NCBI GenBank assembly: GCA_018303845.1
Contig: JAGVXH010000004.1
Location: forward strand, 69,165 to 133,164
DNA from: Candidatus Pacearchaeota archaeon
GTDB taxonomy: Archaea; Nanobdellota; Nanobdellia; Pacearchaeales; GW2011-AR1
Length of the DNA stretch: 64,000 nt
Direction: 5' to 3'
How positions within the stretch are numbered: the stretch's first letter is position 1; every line of letters begins with the position of its first letter. Under the pieces are notes generated by a model. That model ran no database searches. It worked only from the letters and a program-made list of their open reading frames with translations, and was not told the DNA's origin. A program made the position numbers and the translations under genes. Shown here piece after piece: positions 17,635-27,177 of this stretch.

Positions 17635-19350
17635 ATGGCAAAAAATGTATTTGCAACTCTAGGCATTTTGGTGGTCCTATTATTGGGTTTTGGATTAATT
17701 TCAGCTTACTCTTCTACTCAAGACGGAATTCAAGTCGAGACGACACAAGAACTACCAAATCCAGTTTCTCCAGGTTCAACTTATATCGTAAAGGTAAACG
17801 TAACAAATAATAACGGAACAGCAATCGAATTAAGCTGGTCAGACACATCAGCAACATCTGGAATTACAGCAACAGTTCCGGCAAACGACACACTTGCAGA
17901 TGCAACATCAAAAGAATACTCGCTAACATATTCAATTCCAGCAAATTTTACAGGAACAGTAGACCATAAAGTCAACTTGGGCGCATACGTATCAAGTGTA
18001 AAAATTGCAGGATTCTTGCCATATTCAAGAGCAAACTATTCCAATGGCTCTACCTCTACAACACCATCAACAAAGGACACACTTTGTGAGCTAGAAGGCT
18101 ATTCTGAAAAAGGCAGATTAGAAATCTCAGACTTTGATGTAAATAATAAAGGCGATGGGAAAGATGATGAATGGCAATACTTAGATGTAGTTGAAGTTAA
18201 AGTAGAAGTTGGGAATACAGGTAGCGATGACGTTGAAGATGTAGAAGTAATGATAGCAATTTACGATGATAAAATTGAAAACGGCGGAAACGATGTAACA
18301 AACGACTTTGATATAGAAGACGAAATATTAACAGATATCGGAAAATTAAAAGATGACGATCAGGAATCAGTAATTTTCACAATTAATGAAGTATCTTCAG
18401 ATTTAGATGATGGAACATACTACATGTACATAATGACTTACGAAGATGGCAACGAGGCAGCGCAATGTAATTCTGAAGTTGACAGTGGAGATTTTTATTT
18501 TGCATTTACAGTTGAGTCAGTAGATTACGAAGATTCAATTGTGGTAAAGGGTTCTGAGTTTAAAACGCAAATGGACACTTACTGCGATCAGCAAAATCTA
18601 GAAATAGCGATTCCAATTTACAACCTAGGAGACGATGAAGAAGAAAGAATCCTAGTAAATTTATACAATTCAGAGCTAAAAATCGATGAATATATGGTAG
18701 TCGAAAATTTAGATAACGGGGATAAGGAAATCGTAACTTTCTTTGTAGATATTCCTTCAGATTTAGCGAAAGAGAAATATAATCTAGACGTAATAGTAAG
18801 TTTCGATTGGGATGATGACGAAGACGACAATAATCCATCATCATACGATGAGGAGAATACAGATTCTTCAATCAGACTAAACATCTTAGGATGCAAGGCG
18901 AAAGTGCCATCAATTGGAGCGAGCCTAGAGTCTGCAACAGAAGTGGGGAAAAATCTAATTATAAAGACAACAATAACAAACAACGGGAAGGTTAACGATT
19001 TTGTAGTCACTCCAATGGGTTTTGAAACATGGGCAGAACTAGTAAGTGTAACTCCACAGACAACAACAATAGCTTCTGGAAACACGCAAGAAGTAATAAT
19101 CACATTATCTCCAAAGCAAGCTGGTCCACAAACATTCAAGATAAATGTAGCATCAGGTGGGGAAATATATAACCAGCCAGTTTCTGTAAAAATTGCAGAA
19201 GCTCCAGGGGTCTTTTCAAGTCTAGGCTCAAGCCTAGGATTAAGCAATACAATGCTTTACTTGGTAGCGGGAATTGTTGGGCTATTAGTATTAATCTTTT
19301 TCGTGTTAATCATAAAGGTGGCACGAAGACCAACAAGAGCAGATTTTTAA
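17635..19350 (+). CDS. Secreted acidic surface protein with C-terminal sorting-signal-like tail
   Basis: N-terminal signal/TM segment, then Asp/Glu-rich beta-type domains. The C-terminus reads APGVFSS...LYLVAGIVGLLVLIFFVLIIKVARRPTR, i.e. a motif, a TM segment and a basic tail. Confidence 0.6.
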   Translation: MAKNVFATLGILVVLLLGFGLISAYSSTQDGIQVETTQELPNPVSPGSTYIVKVNVTNNNGTAIELSWSDTSATSGITATVPANDTLADATSKEYSLTYSIPANFTGTVDHKVNLGAYVSSVKIAGFLPYSRANYSNGSTSTTPSTKDTLCELEGYSEKGRLEISDFDVNNKGDGKDDEWQYLDVVEVKVEVGNTGSDDVEDVEVMIAIYDDKIENGGNDVTNDFDIEDEILTDIGKLKDDDQESVIFTINEVSSDLDDGTYYMYIMTYEDGNEAAQCNSEVDSGDFYFAFTVESVDYEDSIVVKGSEFKTQMDTYCDQQNLEIAIPIYNLGDDEEERILVNLYNSELKIDEYMVVENLDNGDKEIVTFFVDIPSDLAKEKYNLDVIVSFDWDDDEDDNNPSSYDEENTDSSIRLNILGCKAKVPSIGASLESATEVGKNLIIKTTITNNGKVNDFVVTPMGFETWAELVSVTPQTTTIASGNTQEVIITLSPKQAGPQTFKINVASGGEIYNQPVSVKIAEAPGVFSSLGSSLGLSNTMLYLVAGIVGLLVLIFFVLIIKVARRPTRADF

Positions 19351-19392
19351 TTTGACTACACAATTTTATAAGCAATAAAATCATATAACAAT

Positions 19393-19941
19393 ATGAATAA
19401 AGACACCAAAAAAATAATAAATCTATTCTCAAGATACATTTTAATTCTAGCCCTAGGAATAGGAAATCTCTACCTCATCTACAAAATCCTAACACCTCTA
19501 ACAATCCATACAACAAATCTAGCCATAAGAATATTTACAGCAACAACTTTAACAGAAGATATAATCCAATTCGGCCAATCAATAATTCAAATTGCTCCAG
19601 CATGCGTAGCCGGATCAGCCTTTTATCTTCTCATGGCCTTATTCTTATCAACTGCAAACATCCTTCCAAAAACAAGATTTAAAGCAATCCTAACGGCAAT
19701 CCTAGCACTTTTCATTCTCAATATTCTGAGAATTTTAATCCTAGCCTTCCTAATCGCAACCCCAAATTTCGAAATAATTCACTGGATATTCTGGCATCTA
19801 GTATCAACAATCTTCGTAGTCGCAACTTACATCACAACAATAAAATTTTACAAAATAAAATCAGTCCCAATAATATCCGATGTTAAATACCTGAAAAGTT
19901 TAATAAAGTCAAAACAAAAACATAAGAAAAAGAAAAAATAA
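19393..19941 (+). CDS. Exosortase/archaeosortase family protein (short form)
   Basis: Polytopic membrane protein. Candidate catalytic residues are Cys in IAPACVAGS, Arg in NILRILILAF and His in HWIFWHLVS. It lies directly downstream of a candidate substrate. Confidence 0.55.
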   Translation: MNKDTKKIINLFSRYILILALGIGNLYLIYKILTPLTIHTTNLAIRIFTATTLTEDIIQFGQSIIQIAPACVAGSAFYLLMALFLSTANILPKTRFKAILTAILALFILNILRILILAFLIATPNFEIIHWIFWHLVSTIFVVATYITTIKFYKIKSVPIISDVKYLKSLIKSKQKHKKKKK

Positions 19942-20682
19942 TTATTCTATAATTTCTTCAACTGGATAACTATCTCGAAAATCAATAACAGTTTTCATCA
20001 TAAACCTTTCAACAACATCAGAATCCTCACAATCTTTAGCACCAATAATATAACAATTAGGATTCATCTTGTCTTGAACAATTCCCCGTTCTCCAATCTC
20101 AACTACAACAACAGTTCGGTCCATCACATTCTCACAAGTCGCAAATCTTCTAGAAGTACCTTTGGCAATCTCTTCATCTGTAGACCCGCTCTCAATTGGG
20201 CCAACGCCAACACCCTTATTCAAAAAAGAACTCAAGTCTAACATTACACGAGATAATTCTCCTCGACATGCGTCAACTTCAGGACTAAGCGAAATAATAC
20301 CACCATACTTAAAACTATCAAGTTTGCCTTCAACATTCGCATCGTTTTTCCTAGGGTCTTCTCTAAAAAAAACATTAAAATGCAAATTCGGATTAGTCAA
20401 ACTAACAAATCTCCCATGGAAAATCCTTAAATCATCATAATCTTCAACGACCCAACTTGCTCCGCCAAATTCAAAATTCTTACTGGCCTCAATCCAAAAA
20501 TACGGCACCAAAACACAAGCAAAAACAATTCCAATAACAACGAAAAACCAAATCAACATCTTATTCTCATTATCTTTAATTTTCTTAGGAACCGTAATCT
20601 CATCCTCAACAATTTCTGCATCAACTATGTCGGCAATTCTACTTTTCACTTCCTGCTTCTTTATTTTCCTTCCAGCCATCAA
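19942..20682 (-). CDS. Single-pass membrane protein, function unknown
   Basis: TM segment LIWFFVVIGIVFACVLVPYFWI with an extracytoplasmic Cys-containing domain. ATGA overlap with the upstream gene. Confidence 0.5.
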   Translation of the reverse strand: MMAGRKIKKQEVKSRIADIVDAEIVEDEITVPKKIKDNENKMLIWFFVVIGIVFACVLVPYFWIEASKNFEFGGASWVVEDYDDLRIFHGRFVSLTNPNLHFNVFFREDPRKNDANVEGKLDSFKYGGIISLSPEVDACRGELSRVMLDLSSFLNKGVGVGPIESGSTDEEIAKGTSRRFATCENVMDRTVVVVEIGERGIVQDKMNPNCYIIGAKDCEDSDVVERFMMKTVIDFRDSYPVEEIIE

Positions 20683-21284
20683 TTAATACCAAGTATTTTG
20701 TACAAAAACGCATCACTTCCTCTCAAGACATCACCAACGATAAATACGCATTTTCCTTCGCTGTAGACCCGTGTCTCATTTCCAATCTCAAAAATAATCA
20801 AGTTAGAATTACAATCCTTAACTGGCAAATCTCCATTGCAAACAACCTCGCTCTCATTCGACTTACTAGTCAAGTTCCCAAAATCGTTCTCATCTTGTTG
20901 AAGACAAGCCTCTTGGTATCTTAAAACATAATTTCCAAAATTATTCAAAACCTCACCTGCGCCCTCACCAGGATTCACAAAATAAAGCGGCTGTCCGCTG
21001 TACATCCCAAATTCAACAGACAAATTCACATCAACATCACTAACCTCCGAAGGCAAATTCACAAATCCAAAAGAATCCCCTCCAATAGAAAGTTTCCATA
21101 TTCCACCATCACGAACAAAATCAAATCCATTCTCGCTAACACTATTCTTCCTCTCCTCGTCCGCACTCATGAGCGAATATCCAACACTAGAAGCAGTTAG
21201 CAAAAAAATCATAATAACTCCCAAAATAATATTATTCCGACGCTGAATCCGCTCAACATCCGCCATGGTCTTAATTTTTCTCAT
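20679..21284 (-). CDS. Single-pass membrane protein, function unknown
   Basis: TM segment IILGVIMIFLLTASSVGY. ATG at 21284. It lies downstream of the S-layer gene on the same strand. Confidence 0.5.
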   Translation of the reverse strand: MRKIKTMADVERIQRRNNIILGVIMIFLLTASSVGYSLMSADEERKNSVSENGFDFVRDGGIWKLSIGGDSFGFVNLPSEVSDVDVNLSVEFGMYSGQPLYFVNPGEGAGEVLNNFGNYVLRYQEACLQQDENDFGNLTSKSNESEVVCNGDLPVKDCNSNLIIFEIGNETRVYSEGKCVFIVGDVLRGSDAFLYKILGIN

Positions 21285-21342
21285 TCCATACAAAGCATTG
21301 CATCAAATATAAACCTTACGAATTGATTAAAACAACCCAAAT

Positions 21343-21371
21343 AAAAAAAGCCCGTCCCTTTCGGGGCGGGC
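21343..21371 (-). terminator. Stem-loop plus T7 tract downstream of the S-layer gene
   Basis: Gene strand reads GCCCGCCCC-GAAA-GGGACGGGC followed by TTTTTTT. Confidence 0.6.
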
Positions 21372-21414
21372 GAGTAAAAATAAAAAATAAATAATTTTTT
21401 CTTTACGTTTGAAC

Positions 21415-23688
21415 TTATGCAGTAACAACAGTAGCTTCTGTAGCAGATGTACCCTTCATTTTATTCCCGACAGTTGTATCAACGTCGTTATTCAATAAAT
21501 AAGTAACAGCCTTTTCAGTATCAGCAGCGTTATAACCAGCAACTAGTAAAGCAGTCTTTCCAGCCCTATCAAAGGATTGGATCAAAAACTCACCAGCGCC
21601 TACACCTGTAGCAGATGTAAACATAGCTTCACTATAAGCACCACCTAGTAATTCAGCAGCAACAGAGTTGATAGCAGAACCACCAACAACCACCAAATTC
21701 TTTCCACTCACAGTAGCAACCTGACTATCCTTAACAGTCATAACACCAGCGTCTCCGCTTGTGCTAATTGCTTCAGTAGATGTGATATAAACACCAGCTT
21801 CAACTTCTTCTCCATGGTACATCAATTTAACACTATATTGGTCAGTATTACTTTTATCGTGTAAAATTTCTGTAGCAAGAGCTGAATAGATGAAACCTCT
21901 GTATACATCAGTATCTCCGATTTCAGCAGCAGTAACTTCACTAGTAACAGTACTTATTGTAATCTTAGCAGATGAAATAGCAGCAGTCACATTTAATGTG
22001 TCTCCAGCAGCAACATCTCCATCCTTATCTTCTTCGACCATTTCGATCTTGTAAGAAGTTTGAGAAGTACCAGTCAAATTAAGTGCACCAGGTGCAGTAG
22101 AGGTAAGACTATCTACAGGTAAGTATACCTTCATTCCTTCAGCGGAATAAAGAGCATCAAACCTAACTTCAGAATTACCACTATTGTTAATAGCAACAGT
22201 CTTTTCTACCTTATTGATAGCACCAACAGTTAACTCAACATTACCAATCGTAAATTCATCGTCAGCCTTTCGGTCAGTCTTTGCATCTACCCAAACACCA
22301 TCTTTCTTATATTGGAAAGTGGTCTTGTTGATAGAATCAGCAATATTGAAGTTAGTTGCCTTCATCATGTAAGATTCAGCGTCTCTTCCGTCAGTCCAAG
22401 AAGCAATAAAGTAAGAATCTGTATCACCATCAAAGGTGATAGATGTTGTACCAGTAACTAATTTTTCATCGGAATCCTTTCCTATTCCTGTATAATTAGC
22501 TCCACTAACAGCCTTATACAAAAGATTGATATCTTCTGTAGAATCCTTCAATGGAAAGTTCTTCAAAACCAAACTATCTTCTCCTTCATAAGAAACTTCA
22601 ATAGTTTCTTCTTCTGGGTAGTCTAATCCTGTAAAACTTAAAGCAACAGATTCGAATCCTGGCATAGTTGCAACAGAATCCTCAGCAACGAAAACTTCGT
22701 CGTCAGTAGCCCAAGCAAGAGAAACACTAGTTAAAGATGTGGTAGCATTAACAATTGTACCAGTTAATCCGTCGACAGAATCTTCATTCATTTCAACTTC
22801 AGAACCGCTTTCAATTACTAACTTACCATTACCAATACTAAACTCAACTTTACTGATTCCAGTATCCTTAGCTGAATATAAAATTTCTTTCATACCCAAA
22901 TAAGCACCATCACTCAACTTGTAAGTCTCAGCAGCAGCGATATCATTAGTGATTTCACCATTAACATTCAACTTAGCCGAGTCACTATCAACAAACTCAA
23001 TACTAACAGTGTATGTCTTTCCTCCTGCAGTAATAGTAGCAGTTTCTCCTTCTGCGATAATAGCGTCAGAAGCAGAATCAAGCAAAGTCAACGTGTTATA
23101 ATCAGCAGCAAGAACATAATAGTCCTTACCCATGATAGTCAAGTCACTAGTAGGCAAATCAGCAATCAAGGGTTCTTCGGTAAATTCAAGTGTGTATGTT
23201 AAAACATTCGCACCTGAAGCGTACTTAATACCAACACTTGGCTCATCTGCTTTATAGTCGTTATCATCAAACATAGTCAAAGAAGCAGATGTCATAACAA
23301 TCTTTTGAGTATAATCAAATTCATCGTTATCATCATCTACATAAGTACCATCGTTCAAAAGAACAGGCATTTCATCTTCATCTAAAGTATCCTTAATAGA
23401 AGTGATTGCATCACCCAAGTGTAATTTAGTAGAAGTCTTCTCGAACATGTAAGAATCTCCGTCTGTAGAGATAGTTGTAGTTCCAGTTGTAGCAGCGTTT
23501 GCGTCTAGATTAGAAGCAATGGAAGCAGCAGCAATATTGTCCGAAGGTGCAGCGTTAGCTCCAACAACGATAGCAGTATTACTTGTGAAAGGTGTAGGAT
23601 ATGATGCAGCAGCAGCCATACCAACCGTAGCACCGATCAAAGCAGCGCTTCCCAAAACTGTAACAGCTTTTCTAAATAATTTTTTCAT
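21415..23688 (-). CDS. S-layer-type surface protein
   Basis: Signal peptide KKLFRKAVTVLGSAALIGATVGMAAAA, a Thr/Ser/Asp-rich beta-type body, and a C-terminal LVVVGGSAINSVAAELL...LLVAGYNAADTEKAV module. A GGAGG lies 8 nt before the ATG at 23688. A long upstream untranslated region is likely. Confidence 0.7.
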   Translation of the reverse strand: MKKLFRKAVTVLGSAALIGATVGMAAAASYPTPFTSNTAIVVGANAAPSDNIAAASIASNLDANAATTGTTTISTDGDSYMFEKTSTKLHLGDAITSIKDTLDEDEMPVLLNDGTYVDDDNDEFDYTQKIVMTSASLTMFDDNDYKADEPSVGIKYASGANVLTYTLEFTEEPLIADLPTSDLTIMGKDYYVLAADYNTLTLLDSASDAIIAEGETATITAGGKTYTVSIEFVDSDSAKLNVNGEITNDIAAAETYKLSDGAYLGMKEILYSAKDTGISKVEFSIGNGKLVIESGSEVEMNEDSVDGLTGTIVNATTSLTSVSLAWATDDEVFVAEDSVATMPGFESVALSFTGLDYPEEETIEVSYEGEDSLVLKNFPLKDSTEDINLLYKAVSGANYTGIGKDSDEKLVTGTTSITFDGDTDSYFIASWTDGRDAESYMMKATNFNIADSINKTTFQYKKDGVWVDAKTDRKADDEFTIGNVELTVGAINKVEKTVAINNSGNSEVRFDALYSAEGMKVYLPVDSLTSTAPGALNLTGTSQTSYKIEMVEEDKDGDVAAGDTLNVTAAISSAKITISTVTSEVTAAEIGDTDVYRGFIYSALATEILHDKSNTDQYSVKLMYHGEEVEAGVYITSTEAISTSGDAGVMTVKDSQVATVSGKNLVVVGGSAINSVAAELLGGAYSEAMFTSATGVGAGEFLIQSFDRAGKTALLVAGYNAADTEKAVTYLLNNDVDTTVGNKMKGTSATEATVVTA

Positions 23689-24166
23689 TTTTTTTAAACC
23701 TCCTTTCAGTACTGTTTGTTCAGCCGCCTTCTTCAAGGCCTTGAGGTTTAGCTCAAGTTCAACTTTTCTAACAGTCTGGCAGGTCTTATAACTTAGGGAG
23801 CGTTATAAGTTGTCGTCTCTAGGGTGTCCCTGTATGTACACTGACTAGTCAATGCATTATTGATAAACAATAACGCTAAACAAGAAACTCATTCTCCCTA
23901 TTTAAAGCTTACCCCCGACCTTAGTCCAAACAGCTTCGGAAAACGCCAATTTTTACAGGTTTACTTATAAATCTTTTGTTATTACAGCAAAATACAACAG
24001 AATAGAAGGGAGTTGTCCTTTCCATTTTCTAAAGCAATAAATATATATGGTATAAAATTACCCATATATAAAAAGCATAATATTTATATATCTTGGAGAA
24101 CTAGCCATACATATGAAATACTTAAATTATGAGGATTGCGGCTTATAAAATCTAATCCCTAGTAAA

Positions 24167-24517
24167 ATGACAACAAAAACCAAAATAAGATACGTCGATG
24201 TCAATGTGAATAAAGAAAACTTCGTCTCAAAACTAATCGGAGAAAAGAAAGCCCACGATTTTTCAGATGTTAAGCTCCTTAGAAACCTTCTTTCAAATGA
24301 AAAGTCCCGAATTCTTTATATCCTAAAACACCAATCTCCAAATTCAATTTACGCATTAGCAAAAATACTCGGTCGCGATTTCAAGTCCGTAAGGGATGAC
24401 ATCAAGGTCTTAGAAAGATTCGGCTTCATAGAATTTCATGCAGAAAAAACAGGAAAAAGAGAATCTTTAAAACCCGTATTAGTAATAGACAGATTGCAAA
24501 TCATAATAGAAATATAG
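24167..24517 (+). CDS. Winged-helix transcriptional regulator (ArsR-like)
   Basis: SRILYILKHQSPNSIYALAKILGRDFKSVRDDIKVLERFGFIE. A TATA-like gcttataaaatc lies about 22 nt upstream. Confidence 0.6.
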   Translation: MTTKTKIRYVDVNVNKENFVSKLIGEKKAHDFSDVKLLRNLLSNEKSRILYILKHQSPNSIYALAKILGRDFKSVRDDIKVLERFGFIEFHAEKTGKRESLKPVLVIDRLQIIIEI

Positions 24518-24519
24518 AC

Positions 24520-25002
24520 CTAAACTCCACAAATCCTGAGTCTAACAATCAAACTCTTCCCCCCAGAAACAATTGATCTTTGTGCCCCATTTGATACCCC
24601 AGTGCAATTCCCCTCACTCCATTTCAAAATCCCTTCACCATCTTTAACAAAAAACTCCGCGTTCCAACTATCAACCGAAGCATCGCTTAAAATCATAGAA
24701 CCAACAACATCTTTCAGACTCTGATTCAAATAATCACAAGCAGATATCCCCAAATTACTACAGCTATTTCCCTTAAAGCAACTCTTAAACAAATCCTCAA
24801 ACCTATCATAATCAGGCTCATAAACAATCGCGCACCCAGTTGTCGTCCTCATCACAACATCGAGCATATTAGAAACGCCAACGCTATCTTCACTTCCCTT
24901 ATCGTCTCGAACCGAAATAATCAAAAAAACCATCAACGCCACCATTACCAAGACCACAATCAAAACAAACCCAACAATCTCCTGTTGCCCTTTCCTATCC
25001 AT
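24520..25002 (-). CDS. Archaeal type IV pilin-like protein (class III signal peptide, +1 Gln)
   Basis: The N-terminus MDRKGQQEIVGFVLIVVLVMVALMVFLII combines a KGQ motif with a hydrophobic helix. Confidence 0.6.
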   Translation of the reverse strand: MDRKGQQEIVGFVLIVVLVMVALMVFLIISVRDDKGSEDSVGVSNMLDVVMRTTTGCAIVYEPDYDRFEDLFKSCFKGNSCSNLGISACDYLNQSLKDVVGSMILSDASVDSWNAEFFVKDGEGILKWSEGNCTGVSNGAQRSIVSGGKSLIVRLRICGV

Positions 25003-25020
25003 CTTGGGCCTCCGTCTTCT

Positions 25021-25473
25021 TCATCCCAACAACAATCTTCCCAATCTCGCACTTATCATAAACACTCCCAAATTCTTTAACTCGTTGACAAATAGAAACA
25101 TAAGACGATAATAATTACAATCCGCAGCGGGGCACTTAACAATCGATTCAAATGCTGGATAAACCTTATAAATTTCTAGGGACGCAATCGGCCAAAATCC
25201 ACCCATGGAATTTCCAAAACCTCCACTCAAAATCCGAAGCTTATCCTCATCGACAGTCATAGAATCTCGAGCATTATAACTTAATTCAGTCATGGCAGCA
25301 ATATTAGCTAAAGAAGAAATGGCCTGTTCTCTATTCAATTCCTCCGCCCCACTTTTAACATCCCTAAATGTAATTGCCAAAAAAAACAACCCAACCAAAA
25401 TAAAAAAAAAGAACACACCAATAATCATAAATGCCATCTGTATAATCTTCATTTGCCCCCGACCAGCTACCAT
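25021..25473 (-). CDS. Archaeal type IV pilin-like protein
   Basis: N-terminus MVAGRGQMKIIQMAFMIIGVFFFFILVGLFFL. Confidence 0.55.
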   Translation of the reverse strand: MVAGRGQMKIIQMAFMIIGVFFFFILVGLFFLAITFRDVKSGAEELNREQAISSLANIAAMTELSYNARDSMTVDEDKLRILSGGFGNSMGGFWPIASLEIYKVYPAFESIVKCPAADCNYYRLMFLFVNELKNLGVFMISARLGRLLLG

Positions 25474-25523
25474 TTAGAACCCTCCCGTAAATTTAAATTA
25501 AAAATAGCAAAGTTGCATGGTCT

Positions 25524-25583
25524 CCCCAAACCCCCAAACCCCCAAACCCCCAAACCCCGAGTAAAAAAACAAAGTTTTTTTAC
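25524..25583 (-). repeat. (C5A3)n array (25524-25558) plus 10-bp A/T palindrome enclosing the stop of the 313-aa gene (25561-25583)
   Basis: Plus strand reads ccccaaa(cccccaaa)x3cccc, then GTAAAAAAAC-AAA-GTTTTTTTAC. Confidence 0.85.
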
Positions 25584-26521
25584 CATACCCCGCAAACCTC
25601 CCTATCATTCTTCCTTTTCAAATCATCCCCAAATCCCTTAAGCGAAATCAAATCCTCGCTAGTAGCACTACTAACCATTCCGCCCCAAATAAGTAAGTCC
25701 CCTTTCATATTCGTCCCACAATCCCGAGCATCCATCAAATCAGCCTTTTCACTAAAAACCTCAGCAATCTGCCTAGTCCGATACATTAACCTTTTAACAT
25801 TACAATCATAAACAGCCTTATCACTAACAATCGCCCCATACATCAAACTTCCAACATACCGCAAATCTCCAGACGGCTTAGAAACAACCCCCTCATCATA
25901 AACCGAATCACATCCCTTGGAACACGAACCATAAACAATCGCATCGCAGTCAACTCCACCTCCAAAACAAATCCTTTCACTGCCAGAACTACAATTTTCA
26001 AAAACAATATTTTCAATACCTAGTCCCAAGATTTCATTCTTCACAACATCTGGAGCATTCAAAAAACAATATCTTCCACTCATCAAAAAAATCAAATCAC
26101 TAACTTCATAAGGAAACTCAAACGGCTTAGAAAACACATAATAATCAAAACCCTGGTTGTCCTGTTCGGAAAAGATATACTTATTACGAACCGAACTTTT
26201 TCCTCCAGCCAAATTCCAATCACTTCCAATGCCACTTCGAGTCGCAATAGAAATATCATTTTGCCCAAATTTCCCGTCATCTAAACAAATATTATTCAAT
26301 CGCGTCTCCTGCTGAAAAATAATTTTTCCAAACTTCCCTTCGCCAAATCCAGCATGCATCGGGTCAGTCAAAATAGAAACACTTAGTGCCGCCGCCGTAT
26401 CACTCCCATATCTCAAAGTATCCCCTGTCTGAACCGCCCCCCAAATCGCCAAAGCAAGAATAGTCCCACCAGCAAGAATAGCAAAAATCCAAACAAAATC
26501 AAACTGCCCTCTTTTCATCAA
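25580..26521 (-). CDS. Archaeal type IV pilin-like protein (large, 313 aa)
   Basis: N-terminus MMKRGQFDFVWIFAILAGGTILALAIWG, followed by a Cys-containing globular domain. Confidence 0.55.
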   Translation of the reverse strand: MMKRGQFDFVWIFAILAGGTILALAIWGAVQTGDTLRYGSDTAAALSVSILTDPMHAGFGEGKFGKIIFQQETRLNNICLDDGKFGQNDISIATRSGIGSDWNLAGGKSSVRNKYIFSEQDNQGFDYYVFSKPFEFPYEVSDLIFLMSGRYCFLNAPDVVKNEILGLGIENIVFENCSSGSERICFGGGVDCDAIVYGSCSKGCDSVYDEGVVSKPSGDLRYVGSLMYGAIVSDKAVYDCNVKRLMYRTRQIAEVFSEKADLMDARDCGTNMKGDLLIWGGMVSSATSEDLISLKGFGDDLKRKNDREVCGVW

Positions 26522-26549
26522 AACTCAAAGCCATAACAAATTTATAAAA

Positions 26550-27041
26550 CTACTCAATCCAAACAAGCCTATCATAAAACCCCTTCCTAATCTTCAGTCC
26601 AGCATCAACATCAACACAATAAGGGTTCTTTGTTCTAGTAATCTTCGTCACATTAATCCTATCAATATTCTTCCATTGCATCCCCTCAGCTTTTTCAGGA
26701 GGAATCAAAAAAGTATTTGCATCATAAACATCATAGTTCCTAATTGCATCATAATCCGCCCCAGTGTTAGTTATCCTCGCAGACAAATTAGCAAAACAAA
26801 TTCTCGTAATATCTCCAGGCAAACTAACTTCAAAATCCCGGTCGCTCTCTTGTCCCCGAACAGCATCATTAACAGCCTTCTGCAAATCCTCATAAAATAT
26901 TCCAATACTAGCACCCTCACCTAAATCAACAAAACTCTTAACTGCAATAAAAGCAATTACAACAAAAACAATAATTAAAAAAATAGCAAATATCATTCCA
27001 AAAGACATCCCTACCGCCTCCTGTCCTTTCTTGCTCACCAT
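26550..27041 (-). CDS. Archaeal type IV pilin-like protein
   Basis: N-terminus MVSKKGQEAVGMSFGMIFAIFLIIVFVVIAFIAV. Confidence 0.6.
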   Translation of the reverse strand: MVSKKGQEAVGMSFGMIFAIFLIIVFVVIAFIAVKSFVDLGEGASIGIFYEDLQKAVNDAVRGQESDRDFEVSLPGDITRICFANLSARITNTGADYDAIRNYDVYDANTFLIPPEKAEGMQWKNIDRINVTKITRTKNPYCVDVDAGLKIRKGFYDRLVWIE

Positions 27042-27060
27042 AAAAAATAAAGCCTCTTAC

Positions 27061-27072
27061 ATTTTATAAAAC
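27061..27072 (-). promoter_or_regulatory. TATA-like box for the four-gene pilin-like unit
   Basis: attttataaaac lies about 25 nt upstream of the ATG at 27041. Confidence 0.45.
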
Positions 27073-27148
27073 CTTCACTTAGCATTCTGCCTCTAAAACG
27101 AAGCCTTTCCAACAAAGTTGAGCCTTTCCACCTCACGTGAGCTTTGCG

Positions 27149-27177
27149 CGGAAAATTTCCTTACAAGAAATTTTCCG
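27149..27177 (-). terminator. 11-bp perfect hairpin with the stop codon of the 727-aa gene in its loop
   Basis: CGGAAAATTTC-cttacaa-GAAATTTTCCG; the tta at 27161-27163 is the stop codon. Confidence 0.5.

Noticed and set aside
23737-24166. A structured ncRNA (SRP RNA or RNase P) in the 430-bp spacer upstream of the S-layer gene
   Set aside because: I see one hairpin (CTTATAAC...GTTATAAG at 23778-23802) but no recognisable conserved SRP or RNase P motifs. The region is more simply a long 5' UTR and promoter region shared with the divergent regulator gene.
25524-25558. CRISPR array or telomere-like repeat interpretation of the C5A3 arrays and heptamer ladders
   Set aside because: The units are 7-8 nt and directly tandem, with no spacers. 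Arrays are 3-5 units long, internal to the chromosome and placed at gene junctions. No cas genes are present.
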